DNA from: Promethearchaeota archaeon
Lineage (GTDB): Archaea > Asgardarchaeota > Lokiarchaeia > Sigyniarchaeales > SOKP01
Direction of reading: 5' to 3'
Assembly (NCBI GenBank): GCA_048937405.1
Contig: JBHLNF010000003.1
Span: 32,001-96,000, forward strand
Length of the DNA stretch: 64,000 bases
In this document: positions 9,808 to 19,920 of the stretch, in pieces
Layout of the letters: the number at the start of each line of letters is the position of its first letter
How positions within the stretch are numbered: the first letter of the stretch is position 1
The notes under the pieces: generated by a model
The model's database searches: none
What the model was told of the DNA's origin: nothing
What the model saw: the letters and a program-made list of their open reading frames with translations, nothing else
Program-made: the position numbers and the translations under genes

Positions 9808-10746
9808 TTATCTTCTCATCATACGTGGATTTCTAAACAAATCTAACTCTTGTTTTGGCATTTTATAATCTGTTGTTGCTGACTTTTTCATCTGCTTATA
9901 ATATTTCTTTACTAATTTTTCAGCTTCTCTCATGAAATTGCAGATACATCCAAATAATATCATATAAAGCACAAAACTTTTATCTTTAGCGTATTCTTCA
10001 TAGAAAATCTGAATTTCAAAATTCTTTTGCACTCTTTGACCATCTACTCGTGCCACCTTTTGATCTCCTATATACAACCAATAATTTCTTCCAGGACCTA
10101 TTACCCCTCTAGCTGTAACTATCTGTAATTTATCATCCTTTTGTTCTGGGAGAAGCGGGAAAGTCCAACGAGTTCCCAATAATCTCCAACCTCTTACTAC
10201 CCGCGCTAAATGAACCATTCTTGGATTCTGCATGAAAAATACAGGAGCAGGATGTTTTATTTCATAACTTTGAACCAAGGAATGAGCAATACTTAATTCA
10301 AAACCACCCTTGAAATTACCTCCTTTAGGTTGGGCATCCATTGATTCTTCCATTATAGTAAAAATTCGACATGTTAATTTCTTCTCTTCTAATGGTTTTT
10401 CTTCCCATTGGTCTTTAGTAAATGCTATGATATATTTTTTCTCTCCATCTTCTTCAATTACACCTTCAATATCAAAATACTTACTGAACCAACGTGTTTT
10501 TGCTTGATATTTGAGCTGTTGGTGAACTCCCAACTCTTCATCATGTAATCGAGTTCTCCAAAAATTAACTTTTAGCTTCTTATAAACTGCTTTTTTTGGT
10601 GGAACTGGCGTCTCTGGAGCAACTGGTTCTTTGGATGGCTTAGAAACTTTCTTTTTTGCTGGTTTTGCTCTTGATGTCGTTCTAGGTTTTTTTGCCGCCT
10701 TCTCAGCAGTTTTCTCGATTTCTTCAACTGGATCCTCTTCTGACAT
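9808..10746 (-). CDS. Hypothetical protein; Lys/Pro-rich N-terminus, possible LURP1/tubby/scramblase-like beta-barrel
   Basis: Alternating beta-strands ending RNYWLYIGDQKVARVDG...FEIQI followed by a hydrophobic helix FVLYMILFGCIC. Confidence 0.55.
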   Translation of the reverse strand: MSEEDPVEEIEKTAEKAAKKPRTTSRAKPAKKKVSKPSKEPVAPETPVPPKKAVYKKLKVNFWRTRLHDEELGVHQQLKYQAKTRWFSKYFDIEGVIEEDGEKKYIIAFTKDQWEEKPLEEKKLTCRIFTIMEESMDAQPKGGNFKGGFELSIAHSLVQSYEIKHPAPVFFMQNPRMVHLARVVRGWRLLGTRWTFPLLPEQKDDKLQIVTARGVIGPGRNYWLYIGDQKVARVDGQRVQKNFEIQIFYEEYAKDKSFVLYMILFGCICNFMREAEKLVKKYYKQMKKSATTDYKMPKQELDLFRNPRMMRR

Positions 10747-10954
10747 TTAAAAAATCACATCTGTAAATTATTTTTTAAAATATTTATTTGTTAAATTTAT
10801 TTTCATTTGGATTATTAATATTTTTTATCGTTAAACTATTTTTATAACATCATATAAAATTTTTTATTTAAAAGATTTTTGAGAATTGATTAGAATATTC
10901 AACAATTTAAAAATGAGTAATTTAATAAAAATATTATAGAATAAGCTATTGATA

Positions 10955-13900
10955 CTAAAAACGAATTTCACATCTGTCAGAATCACAAAATTTCTCACCT
11001 ATCGCTCTATCTTTTGTTTCGTCTAAGTTGAATGGCCTAAGATTACTGATTATTTCTTCATATTGTTCCTTAGTAATTTCTTCATAAGGTGCTTGTTTAT
11101 ATCCGTGTTCCTTTATAGGTAAAAAACTTACACTCTTTAGTTTATCTTCATAACATTCAAGAACATGTTTGATTTGGTCTGCTTCTTCTTCTTTAAACGT
11201 AATCGTTATCGAGACTTGATTATCTGACCAATATCGTTGGTATGCAGCGGCATTTTCTGCTTGTTCCCAAATAGATACTTCATTTTTAGAACGCTCAAAA
11301 TATTTTTCATGGATAGGAAATTCTGCTACAACTGTATTAGGCGAATATAGATCATCCTCGATTTTGTATCCAGCATTTTTAATATGCTTAATTAGATCAG
11401 AATTTTTGGAAAGGCGAATTCTCCTAATATAATATTCTGAATGTGGATAGTGAATTCCTGGTGGTACACCTGGGAGTAAACTCACCGTACCACTTGGTTT
11501 TACTGTTGATATCTTTATTGAACGTGGTATACAAAGCCAACCGGAATATTGTTCATCTAACTCTTGTAAATAGTTATAACCTCGACTACACCACTCTAAC
11601 ATTTTTTTTCTTCCATGTCTTACAAAAGCTTCTATTATTCCTGTTTGTGAAATACCCATTCGTCTATTTTTTAACATAACAGCATTTGTTTCTTGCCAAT
11701 GAGTATTTACAAGGGTGACCGATTTCGAATATAAATACGCATATTTTAAGGTTTCTTGGAATTCCTCATATGATTCATGTCTGGATGGAAAAGTCTCCAC
11801 AAGACAGCAAAGTTCAAATGATTCTAATGTCTGTTCGCCACAATTCGCTGTAAAAATCATTTCTAATTTTGGTCTTCCTGTATTTGTTCTTTTTTCATTA
11901 AGAACGATACCATAATTATGAAATTCATCAACAGTACCATTATATACATCTTTATTTCCAATATATACAACTGAAACAACTTTATGATTACTACATAATC
12001 CCTTAGATATTAATTGAGTAGCCATTTCTTTACGATATGATTCTTTATTTAGAGATCGTACCGAAATCTTATTACTTAAATACCTCTGAGTAATTATATC
12101 AAGAATATATTGATAACCTTTGTAAATTCCTGCAGTTCTAAAATCATTAATATTACTCTCCTTTAGAATTGATAAAAACTTGGACAATGTAGGTACTTCA
12201 TAATTATCACATACATATTCTTCAAATATTTCAAAAAGTCTTTTTCTTGCGATTTCTCTTTGATTTTTTCCTTTTTCCTTCATTGCTGCTCCTGCTTTTA
12301 AAGCGGAAATTTTATTTGAGCAATTATGAGAACAGTATGATCTTTCTCTATCTCCATATTTTACATGAAATTCAGAATTGCATAACTCACAGCGTTTCAC
12401 AAGCCAAATACCTTTGTTAAAAATTACTTCATATTCACTTGTTTCTAATAATTTAATATATCTTTTATACTCCCTCATCATTGCAGGATTTTTTAAGTGC
12501 TCAAAACCAGATTCAATATTAGCCTTTTTAATTAAATTTACTAATTTTCCTCTAAATTCATTGAAGTTATGAATATATCCATATTTTCTTGAATGATCAA
12601 CCCAAGAAGTAGTAGTTAGAGGAATCCCTGTTTTTTTTATTATTGAAAGCATTTCTTGATACAAATGTTGATTAGTAAAACCAGAATAACGGGGATTACT
12701 TTCTTTTGCGGTTGCTTTAGACATTCTTTTATGATATCTTTGCTTTTCCTCTTTACTAGCATGAGGATACCAATATCGCATAGGATTATTATCTCCTGAA
12801 ATATCATGAAGAGAATCATGTTCATCTTTCAATAGAAGTTCTAAGTTAGAGATATTATTATTAAGACTGTTCCGATCTTTGTGATGAATAATATATCCTG
12901 GTTTAATTTTCGTTTTATTTAATTTTTCATAGATCAGTGTATGTTCAAAGATATTCTTTTTTCCATTATTTACTAACCAATATGTTGATTTTTTCTTTTT
13001 ATCTTCATCCATTATTTCTGACCAAGTGGTTTGCCACTTAGGAGTTATAAGTAAACTATCGTTAGGTTTTAAATTAATGGCAGATTTTTGAGAGCCATCT
13101 TTCATTAGAAACTTATGATTTCCTGTGCATTTGACACTACTACCATCATCAAGGGTTACTTCATATATTTTTTCATTAAATCCTGTAATTCGGGGATTTC
13201 TCATTATTCTAATAGTTGTAATCCCTTCATTATTTTTACAATATACAGGTATATCACTTCCTTCTTCAGCTAATTTTTTTATTGGCACAGCACTCCTAAC
13301 ATCAGCAACAGCTATTAATGTATCACCTGTAATACAAGGATTGACCCCTGCTGCTTTCTTGTCCTTAAAGTCTGGTGCATCTCCCATCCTTGAATATGCT
13401 CTAGCATTTTCCAACCAAAATACTCCTGGTTCCCCATTAACTGCAATTTGATTTGCGATAAATGAATAATCCAAACCTCTAACTGCAAAAACAGAATTAT
13501 TGCTTGCCCATCTATGAGAGTATAATGCCTCCTCATCTTGTTTACATAATACAAAATCCATATCTGTAGGATCACCTAATGCAATTTCAGCACTTCTCCG
13601 AACATTTCCAGCTACGACGCATTTGCCTATATAATTCATGATGTCGACGATATCAACAGAAGTAATGGTTTGACCTATGTGTGCTTTTAAAATATTTTGA
13701 ATATCTTCCAACATACCTTTTAAAGGTTGAGGTCCAGAAGCAACTCCCCCAAATCCCCTTATAGGTTTTCCAGATGGTCTGATTAGACTGAAATCGTATT
13801 GGGGAACCTGCTTTCCTAGGAAATAGGCTTCCAATATTAATTTCAATGATTCAACCCATCCTTCTCTACTATCTGGAATTTGAAAGTCAAAATGACCTTC

Positions 13901-14695
13901 TTTAGGTTGCTTTATCATTATTTTTCCAGCCCCTTTTGTATCAAATCCTACACCAACTCCAAGCATAAGGGCATCCATGACGAATTCAAACGCCTTAGAA
14001 TACTTTAGATTAATGTCTTCGGTAGATGCGAATCCACAGTTATTTAATGACATTGAGCCATGGCGTGCGATGAATTCTGTGCCCATCATCCACAATCCTC
14101 GACCTGGAGGAAGAAATTTAAAATTCCAAATTTTATTAAACATTGTTTGGGCAGATTTTTGAGCCTTTTCATCACTCCAAGGCAAACTTAATTTAATGCA
14201 ATGCTCTTTTTGAACAGAATAACATCCTTCAATTACTCTTTTAATAGTTTCCCAAAATTCTTCTTTTCTATTTTCTTTTTCAATAATTCTTGCATATGTT
14301 CGCTTATAGGTAATATATCCTAATGGTCCCCAATCAGGTTGTTTACCCTTAAAATTATTTAGAAAATCTTCATCTAAGCTAAATGAGATATTTTCCAAGT
14401 TAATTGCTCTTGCAAAGAGATTTCTATATTTATTTAGCCCTCTTTGAGTTAACTCAACACAAACTAATTCTCTTATATAGTTAGTAGTAATCTCGTCCAT
14501 TCCAAGACCTATAATTTTTCGAATGACATCTTCAGCGACTTTTTCAGATATATGCATATCCAGCCCCGTTTCTTTGTTTAAAATCTTAGCAATGTTATTT
14601 TCATCAAATTTTTGCTTTTCTCCTTTAGAATTGATTACATACTTAGGGTACAAATCTATTAACGAAAACGAGTTATTGGGCATGTTAATCATCAA
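10955..14695 (-). CDS. nrdJ: Class II (adenosylcobalamin-dependent) ribonucleotide reductase with N-terminal ATP-cone; intein-containing
   Basis: YKRTYAR, FLPPGRGLW, LNNC, GVGVGFD, VVAGNVRRSAEI, NP|CGEQ, ELCCLVE, TVKPSGTVSLL and C-terminal FCDSDRC. Confidence 0.95.
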   Translation of the reverse strand: MMINMPNNSFSLIDLYPKYVINSKGEKQKFDENNIAKILNKETGLDMHISEKVAEDVIRKIIGLGMDEITTNYIRELVCVELTQRGLNKYRNLFARAINLENISFSLDEDFLNNFKGKQPDWGPLGYITYKRTYARIIEKENRKEEFWETIKRVIEGCYSVQKEHCIKLSLPWSDEKAQKSAQTMFNKIWNFKFLPPGRGLWMMGTEFIARHGSMSLNNCGFASTEDINLKYSKAFEFVMDALMLGVGVGFDTKGAGKIMIKQPKEGHFDFQIPDSREGWVESLKLILEAYFLGKQVPQYDFSLIRPSGKPIRGFGGVASGPQPLKGMLEDIQNILKAHIGQTITSVDIVDIMNYIGKCVVAGNVRRSAEIALGDPTDMDFVLCKQDEEALYSHRWASNNSVFAVRGLDYSFIANQIAVNGEPGVFWLENARAYSRMGDAPDFKDKKAAGVNPCITGDTLIAVADVRSAVPIKKLAEEGSDIPVYCKNNEGITTIRIMRNPRITGFNEKIYEVTLDDGSSVKCTGNHKFLMKDGSQKSAINLKPNDSLLITPKWQTTWSEIMDEDKKKKSTYWLVNNGKKNIFEHTLIYEKLNKTKIKPGYIIHHKDRNSLNNNISNLELLLKDEHDSLHDISGDNNPMRYWYPHASKEEKQRYHKRMSKATAKESNPRYSGFTNQHLYQEMLSIIKKTGIPLTTTSWVDHSRKYGYIHNFNEFRGKLVNLIKKANIESGFEHLKNPAMMREYKRYIKLLETSEYEVIFNKGIWLVKRCELCNSEFHVKYGDRERSYCSHNCSNKISALKAGAAMKEKGKNQREIARKRLFEIFEEYVCDNYEVPTLSKFLSILKESNINDFRTAGIYKGYQYILDIITQRYLSNKISVRSLNKESYRKEMATQLISKGLCSNHKVVSVVYIGNKDVYNGTVDEFHNYGIVLNEKRTNTGRPKLEMIFTANCGEQTLESFELCCLVETFPSRHESYEEFQETLKYAYLYSKSVTLVNTHWQETNAVMLKNRRMGISQTGIIEAFVRHGRKKMLEWCSRGYNYLQELDEQYSGWLCIPRSIKISTVKPSGTVSLLPGVPPGIHYPHSEYYIRRIRLSKNSDLIKHIKNAGYKIEDDLYSPNTVVAEFPIHEKYFERSKNEVSIWEQAENAAAYQRYWSDNQVSITITFKEEEADQIKHVLECYEDKLKSVSFLPIKEHGYKQAPYEEITKEQYEEIISNLRPFNLDETKDRAIGEKFCDSDRCEIRF
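11843..13336 (-). mobile_element. Intein (498 aa) with HNH homing endonuclease, inserted at the RNR active-site NP/C
   Basis: Starts CITGDT (block A); VKCTGNHKF (block B); HHKDRNSLNNNISNLELL...H (HNH); VYNGTVDEFHNY (block F); ends ...IFTAN before extein CGEQ. Confidence 0.93.
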
Positions 14696-15326
14696 TATTT
14701 TTATTAAGTATTATTATTGTAATTTTATCGTCTAAATTAATTATTAACTATTTTATAAAGCCTTAACCGTCCTATAAACTTATGATTTCTTTTAATTTAA
14801 AATTAATGTTTACTTTATATTAAGCTATTGATTAAGCTCTTTAATTATTACTTATTTATGTTTTGATAAATCTATGGTACATACATAGATTTGTAAATAT
14901 ATTTGTATTGGTTTTGTTTAATAAACTATTTGTTAATATTTTGTCGAATTAATGTCGATATTTATTCAATATTTAAAATAATCATTAATATTTAAAGAAA
15001 AATTCATATAAAGATTAGTAATTTTTGTATTATTAATTGTTGAACCAATATTCATTATAAATATAATAATCAATATTCAAATAATAGTCAATTAGACCCT
15101 CATCATGAAAATGATGATGGATATACAAAATATTAAAAAAAAGTACCCAGCTTTCTTTTGGTGGTAAAAAAAAAGAATAAATTAAAACTTAGAGTATTAT
15201 TATTGATTTTTTTTTGCTTTTCCTACAATTCTCAATCTGAAAATTTTTAAATATTCAAAAGTATATAATCAAGAAACATATAAAATCGCGAAAGATAATG
15301 AAATAATTGACATTTGTGAGAAAAAA

Positions 15327-16250
15327 ATGGTACAATCCAATTCAGATCATAAAGAAATTCCTGAAGCAAATGTTATTAAAGAAGAAATTAAATTAAAATT
15401 ACATTTTTGGTTACCTGCGTTCTTCTTTATCTATTTTTGCTCATTTTTAATACCAGGTATAATTTTCATGCTCTATATAATGTTATTTTATTTACCATAT
15501 TTCTTAACAGAAACAGAATTTATTTCTCTTTTTACAAATTTTCCTTCTCTAATTGCCATAATAACAATTCCGTTTGTTATTATAATTAGCTATTTAATCC
15601 ATTTATTTATCGTAGCTATAATAACTCGATGGTTTTGGAGTTTTTCAGAAAAAAGATCACCGACTAAATCAGGAGTGATTCCTAGAAATATCCCAAGTAA
15701 AACTTTAAATTACTATCATTTTCGTAGTTTTATAATAAAATATCCAAAGAATGCATTTTCACGAGGTCCTTTTCCATGGTTATTAAAATGGATGTATAAC
15801 TTTACTAAGACAAACGTAATAGGAAAGGGATCTGTTATAGAGGAACAGCTTGCTGGAGATAGATTTGTAGAAATTGGGGAAAATTGTTACATTGGTACAA
15901 ATGCTGGTGTGAGTTCTCATACTGTTGAAGGTATTTTTGGTAATGTTTCATTTGCAAAAGTAAAAATGAGAAATAATTTCACTACTGCTGGTTTTAATTG
16001 TGTAGCTCCGGGGGTGGATACAGGCGATAATTCATGCTGGTTACCGATGACAGGAGCGACGAAATATAATATCTTGAAAGGAAATGGAGTCTATTTTGGA
16101 GTACCACTTAGGAGAATTTTTAAAAAAAAGATTATGGAGTACCTTCAAGTTACTGAGGATGATTTAAAAAGAGCAGAAAATCTAACTCAAAAGTTAAATT
16201 TATCACAAATTAAGAAAAAGAAAAAAAGAGAGAATATATTAAATGAGTGA
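15327..16250 (+). CDS. Membrane-anchored left-handed beta-helix acyltransferase-like protein, type A
   Basis: 2 TM helices, SPTKSGVIPRN..YYH.R motif, hexapeptide repeats (VIGKGS, EIGENCYIG), SSHTVEG, YFGVP. Confidence 0.8.
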   Translation: MVQSNSDHKEIPEANVIKEEIKLKLHFWLPAFFFIYFCSFLIPGIIFMLYIMLFYLPYFLTETEFISLFTNFPSLIAIITIPFVIIISYLIHLFIVAIITRWFWSFSEKRSPTKSGVIPRNIPSKTLNYYHFRSFIIKYPKNAFSRGPFPWLLKWMYNFTKTNVIGKGSVIEEQLAGDRFVEIGENCYIGTNAGVSSHTVEGIFGNVSFAKVKMRNNFTTAGFNCVAPGVDTGDNSCWLPMTGATKYNILKGNGVYFGVPLRRIFKKKIMEYLQVTEDDLKRAENLTQKLNLSQIKKKKKRENILNE

Positions 16251-17133
16251 AATTTTAGAAACGAATGAGACTGATAAGAATAAAATAGATTATACTGTTG
16301 ATTTTGTTACAAGTAGTGCTATCAGTCGAATTGGTATTAAATTTCTCGCTTTCTATATCCCTATCCTTTGGATGTCTGGATACATGGCGATTGCTGTGTT
16401 TTTTGACTTATCACGATATATTCCATGGTATATAAATTTGTTTTTACTACCTGTATGGTTATTCATTTTATACTTCATTTTTATATTTGGTATTGCGATC
16501 TTCACAAAAGCATTCATTCTTATAATCAATATGATTCATGAACCAAAAGAGGGTATTTTCAGAGCTGAAGAAGGTGACCAAGATTATGAATTTTGGAGAT
16601 TAAGAGTTGAACTTAAAAAATTAGTATTATGGTTTATGAGTAGAGGTCCTATTCCTTGGGTAGTAATGTGGGGATTTCGATGGCTAGGTGTCAGAATGGA
16701 CTTTTCAAGTCATGCTCAGGATGGTTGGGTTGATGGAGAATTTATTGAATTTGGAAGAAATGTTACTGTTGGTCAAGGAACCTGTGTAATGAGTTCAATG
16801 GTTGTAGGAAACTATTTGATAATCAAAAAAGTCATTTTGGGAGATCACACAGTGGTTGGAGGAATGTCAAATATATCTCCCGGTACTATAATGAGAAAAG
16901 AATCTGTTCTTGGTGGTTTTACTACTACCGTTCTTAACCAAATGATAGAACAATCATGGATTTATCTGGGGCAACCTATAGCAAGAAAATTAAAACCAAA
17001 TAAATATGCCGAACAAAGACGAGATATAATAATTAAAAAACAAGTTGATGAAGAAATAAAATACGAAGTTAAACAAGAAGTTAATATTGATGAAGATAAG
17101 AAAAAGTATTTGAATAATAATAGGGTGAATTAA
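16243..17133 (+). CDS. Membrane-anchored LbH acyltransferase-like protein, type B
   Basis: DFVTSSAISR, 2 TM, HEPKEGIF...DYEFW.LR, hexapeptide repeats; overlaps the type A stop. Confidence 0.8.
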   Translation: MSEILETNETDKNKIDYTVDFVTSSAISRIGIKFLAFYIPILWMSGYMAIAVFFDLSRYIPWYINLFLLPVWLFILYFIFIFGIAIFTKAFILIINMIHEPKEGIFRAEEGDQDYEFWRLRVELKKLVLWFMSRGPIPWVVMWGFRWLGVRMDFSSHAQDGWVDGEFIEFGRNVTVGQGTCVMSSMVVGNYLIIKKVILGDHTVVGGMSNISPGTIMRKESVLGGFTTTVLNQMIEQSWIYLGQPIARKLKPNKYAEQRRDIIIKKQVDEEIKYEVKQEVNIDEDKKKYLNNNRVN

Positions 17134-17137
17134 ATAA

Positions 17138-17986
17138 ATGTCTGTACCATCTAGTTTAAACGTTGGACCAAATACTACTCTTATACTAGTAAAGAAGAGA
17201 TACTTAATTTTTTATATATTTTTAATTTGGATAAGTATTTTTTCAATTCAATTTGAATTATGGTTGTTATGGAGACTTTATGAACCAAAATTTATTCATT
17301 TCATATTTTTCTTTCCACCTCTAATATTTATAATGTATTTAACATCTGTATTCGTTTCTTTGTTTTTTGCTAAACTTCTACTAATAATTATTAATTTAAT
17401 TCATAAACCCAAAGAAGGTGTCTTTCTTAGGCATCATTCTGATAAGGATTATAGATATTGGAGTTTGAGAAGTACAATAAAAAAGTGGCCATTATGGTTA
17501 TCTCATAAATTTCCCTTTCCATTTTTAGATAATATTTGTTTAAAAGTTTTTGGAGTTAAAACAAAATACTCAAATTCTCTTTTTGAAGGATTCATAGATA
17601 CTGAATTTATAGATTTTGGCAAGCACGTGATAGTAGGCCAAAGTGCTATAATCCAATCTGCACTTATAGTCGGAAATTTATTTATTTTAAGAAAAACAGT
17701 TATAGAAGACAATGCAGTAATTGGAGCTCATAGTGTTGTTATGCCAGGAACTCATATGAAAAAAAACTCTATTTTAGCAGGAAGTTCAATGACAACTGTT
17801 GGACAAAAATTAGAGGAGAATTGGATTTATTTGGGTGGACCTGCAAAAAAATATAAAAAAAATGTATTTTTAGAAGATGATTTAGAGGAAGTAATTAAAA
17901 AACAAATCGATGAAAAAATAAGATTGGATATAAAATCTGAAGGATTATATACACTAAGGAAAGATAAACAAGTAAAAATTGAATAA
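17138..17986 (+). CDS. Membrane-anchored LbH acyltransferase-like protein, type C
   Basis: MSVP...VKKRYLIF, 2 TM, HKPKEGVF...DYRYWSLR, hexapeptide repeats, YLGGPAK. Confidence 0.8.
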   Translation: MSVPSSLNVGPNTTLILVKKRYLIFYIFLIWISIFSIQFELWLLWRLYEPKFIHFIFFFPPLIFIMYLTSVFVSLFFAKLLLIIINLIHKPKEGVFLRHHSDKDYRYWSLRSTIKKWPLWLSHKFPFPFLDNICLKVFGVKTKYSNSLFEGFIDTEFIDFGKHVIVGQSAIIQSALIVGNLFILRKTVIEDNAVIGAHSVVMPGTHMKKNSILAGSSMTTVGQKLEENWIYLGGPAKKYKKNVFLEDDLEEVIKKQIDEKIRLDIKSEGLYTLRKDKQVKIE

Positions 17987-17988
17987 TT

Positions 17989-18777
17989 ATGAAAATTGGC
18001 TATATTCAGACATCTCCTATTTTTGGGGATAAAGAAAGGAACATTAAACAAGTAGAACAATTAATATCTGAAACAACTGCTGATTTACTTGTATTACCAG
18101 AACTATTTGCAACTGGTTATGCCTTTACATCAAGAAATGAAGCATTATCATTAGCGGAAGATGAGAAGGGTAGAACTGCTAAATTTTTAATGAAATTAGC
18201 TAAAGACACGAAAGCAACCGTAGTTGGTGGTTATATAGAAAAATCAGGAGAAAAAATATATAATGCTGCTATGATTGTCTCAAGCAAAGAAGTGATAGGA
18301 ACATATCGTAAAATTCATTTATATTATAAGGAGAAACTATGGTTTTCTCCTGGAGATAAATCATTTCAAATATTTCGAATCAATGGGATTAATATTGGGA
18401 TAATGATTTGTTTTGATTGGATTTTCCCAGAAACTGTACGGTCTCTTGCTCTTTTAGGCGCAGAAATTATTGCCCACCCCGCAAATTTAGTACTTCCATA
18501 CTGTCAAAATGCTATGGTAACAAGATGTTTAGAAAATAGAGTATACGCTATAACTTCAAATAGGATAGGACGTGAAAAGCGAGGTTCAGATGATTTTAAA
18601 TTTACTGGACGAAGCCAAATAACTTCATATAATGGCGAAATTTTATCTTCAGGCCCAAAAGAGAAAAAATTTATACATGTTGTTGATATTGATATTGATA
18701 AAGCAAAAAATAAAAATCTCAATGATTTTAATAATTTATTTGAAGATAGACGTCCTAATTTTTATTTAAATATCTAA
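17989..18777 (+). CDS. Carbon-nitrogen hydrolase (nitrilase/amidase family)
   Basis: LPELFATGY, YRKIHL and ICFDW give the Glu-Lys-Cys triad. Confidence 0.92.
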   Translation: MKIGYIQTSPIFGDKERNIKQVEQLISETTADLLVLPELFATGYAFTSRNEALSLAEDEKGRTAKFLMKLAKDTKATVVGGYIEKSGEKIYNAAMIVSSKEVIGTYRKIHLYYKEKLWFSPGDKSFQIFRINGINIGIMICFDWIFPETVRSLALLGAEIIAHPANLVLPYCQNAMVTRCLENRVYAITSNRIGREKRGSDDFKFTGRSQITSYNGEILSSGPKEKKFIHVVDIDIDKAKNKNLNDFNNLFEDRRPNFYLNI

Positions 18778-18808
18778 AAAAGTAAAAAATAAAAAATAAA
18801 AAATTAAA

Positions 18809-19627
18809 TTATTGCGGTTGTAATATCCCTGAAAACGCTAACCATGCTAGCAATGATTTTGCTACTAGGCTTAAGACTATATAAATACGTTCACCGAAAA
18901 GATAATCCTTCCACTTGCCTATTCCTTTATATTGAAGTATTTGGTTAATGGCAAAACTATTAAACAATATCAGATAAGTATAAAATATCCAATATACAAA
19001 ATCAGGTATACCTTCCGCATCCACACCATAAAAGTAGCCTAAAATCACGATCCAAGGAATAGCGCCAGATATACATCCCAAAATGAAAGGCATCCAATTA
19101 GTTTTTTCAGTATATTGATTAACAAGCTCCATCATATATCCAAACATTATCATCATAGCATTCAATACAAAAATCATAAGCAGTGACCAGAACTCCCAAA
19201 CTCCAAAAAGCAACGATAGAAAAACAATCATAATTGAACTAGAAAAAGCATATTCGTACCAACGATATGGATTAAAACCCTTTTTCAAATTGTTATTATA
19301 CTTTTCATTCAAGGGATAAGCAATTAAGAAATGAGCTAAGGCAGATATTAATAAGAATGAAGCCAAAACTGCTCCAAAATATGAAACAGTAAATAATACC
19401 TGAGGATCTGGGTATATATTAAAAGAATCTGGTGGAACAATCTCATAAGTTAAATAAAAAGTATAAATATCTCTAGAGAAATCTAAAATAAGTCCTACAG
19501 TGAGCATTAGTATTCCTTGTATTAGGTGAAGGATTCCCATATTTCTGTTAAACTTTTGCAAATAATCGAAGGATATATTAGAATTAGCTATAATTTCTTG
19601 TCGTTCTTTAAAATTCATTTTAACCAT
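18809..19627 (-). CDS. Heliorhodopsin
   Basis: 7 TM; LHLIQG, AHF, NPYRWYEYAFSSSIM, SFAINQ, ERIYIVLSLVAKSLLAW with the retinal-binding Lys. Confidence 0.93.
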   Translation of the reverse strand: MVKMNFKERQEIIANSNISFDYLQKFNRNMGILHLIQGILMLTVGLILDFSRDIYTFYLTYEIVPPDSFNIYPDPQVLFTVSYFGAVLASFLLISALAHFLIAYPLNEKYNNNLKKGFNPYRWYEYAFSSSIMIVFLSLLFGVWEFWSLLMIFVLNAMMIMFGYMMELVNQYTEKTNWMPFILGCISGAIPWIVILGYFYGVDAEGIPDFVYWIFYTYLILFNSFAINQILQYKGIGKWKDYLFGERIYIVLSLVAKSLLAWLAFSGILQPQ

Positions 19628-19818
19628 ATTTTTTTTAATTTAAAATTTCTAATTTTAATTATTCAGAGCTCAAACTTAAATTATCTTTCTAGAAATTATT
19701 AAAATTTCATTTTAATTAGTTTTAGAATAAACGAATTTAGGGCAAATTTATAATGATTAATTAATAAATCAAAAAATAAAGTACTAGTTATCATAATTAT
19801 TAAGTACTTTTTAGATAT

Positions 19819-19841
19819 TCATTAGGTTTAAAACCTAATGA
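19819..19841. repeat. Perfect inverted repeat, 11-bp arms
   Basis: TCATTAGGTTT-A-AAACCTAATGA between the Prx-like gene and heliorhodopsin. Confidence 0.7.
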
Positions 19842-19920
19842 TATATTGATATGGAAAAGTGTGGCTAACTTTAAAGAATAAAATCTCATTTTTTATTATT
19901 TTATTCTCACCAAATCATTA

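Noticed and set aside
15145-15166. Resemblance of ACCCAGCTTTCTT to a Gateway attB2/lambda att sequence
   Set aside because: Only 13 nt match, the core diverges, and there is no vector or integrase context; probably chance
14696-15326. Cobalamin riboswitch upstream of the B12-dependent RNR
   Set aside because: No B12-box or GC-rich multi-stem structure; only a short TCATCAT-GAAA-ATGATGA hairpin (15100-15117) of unknown significance
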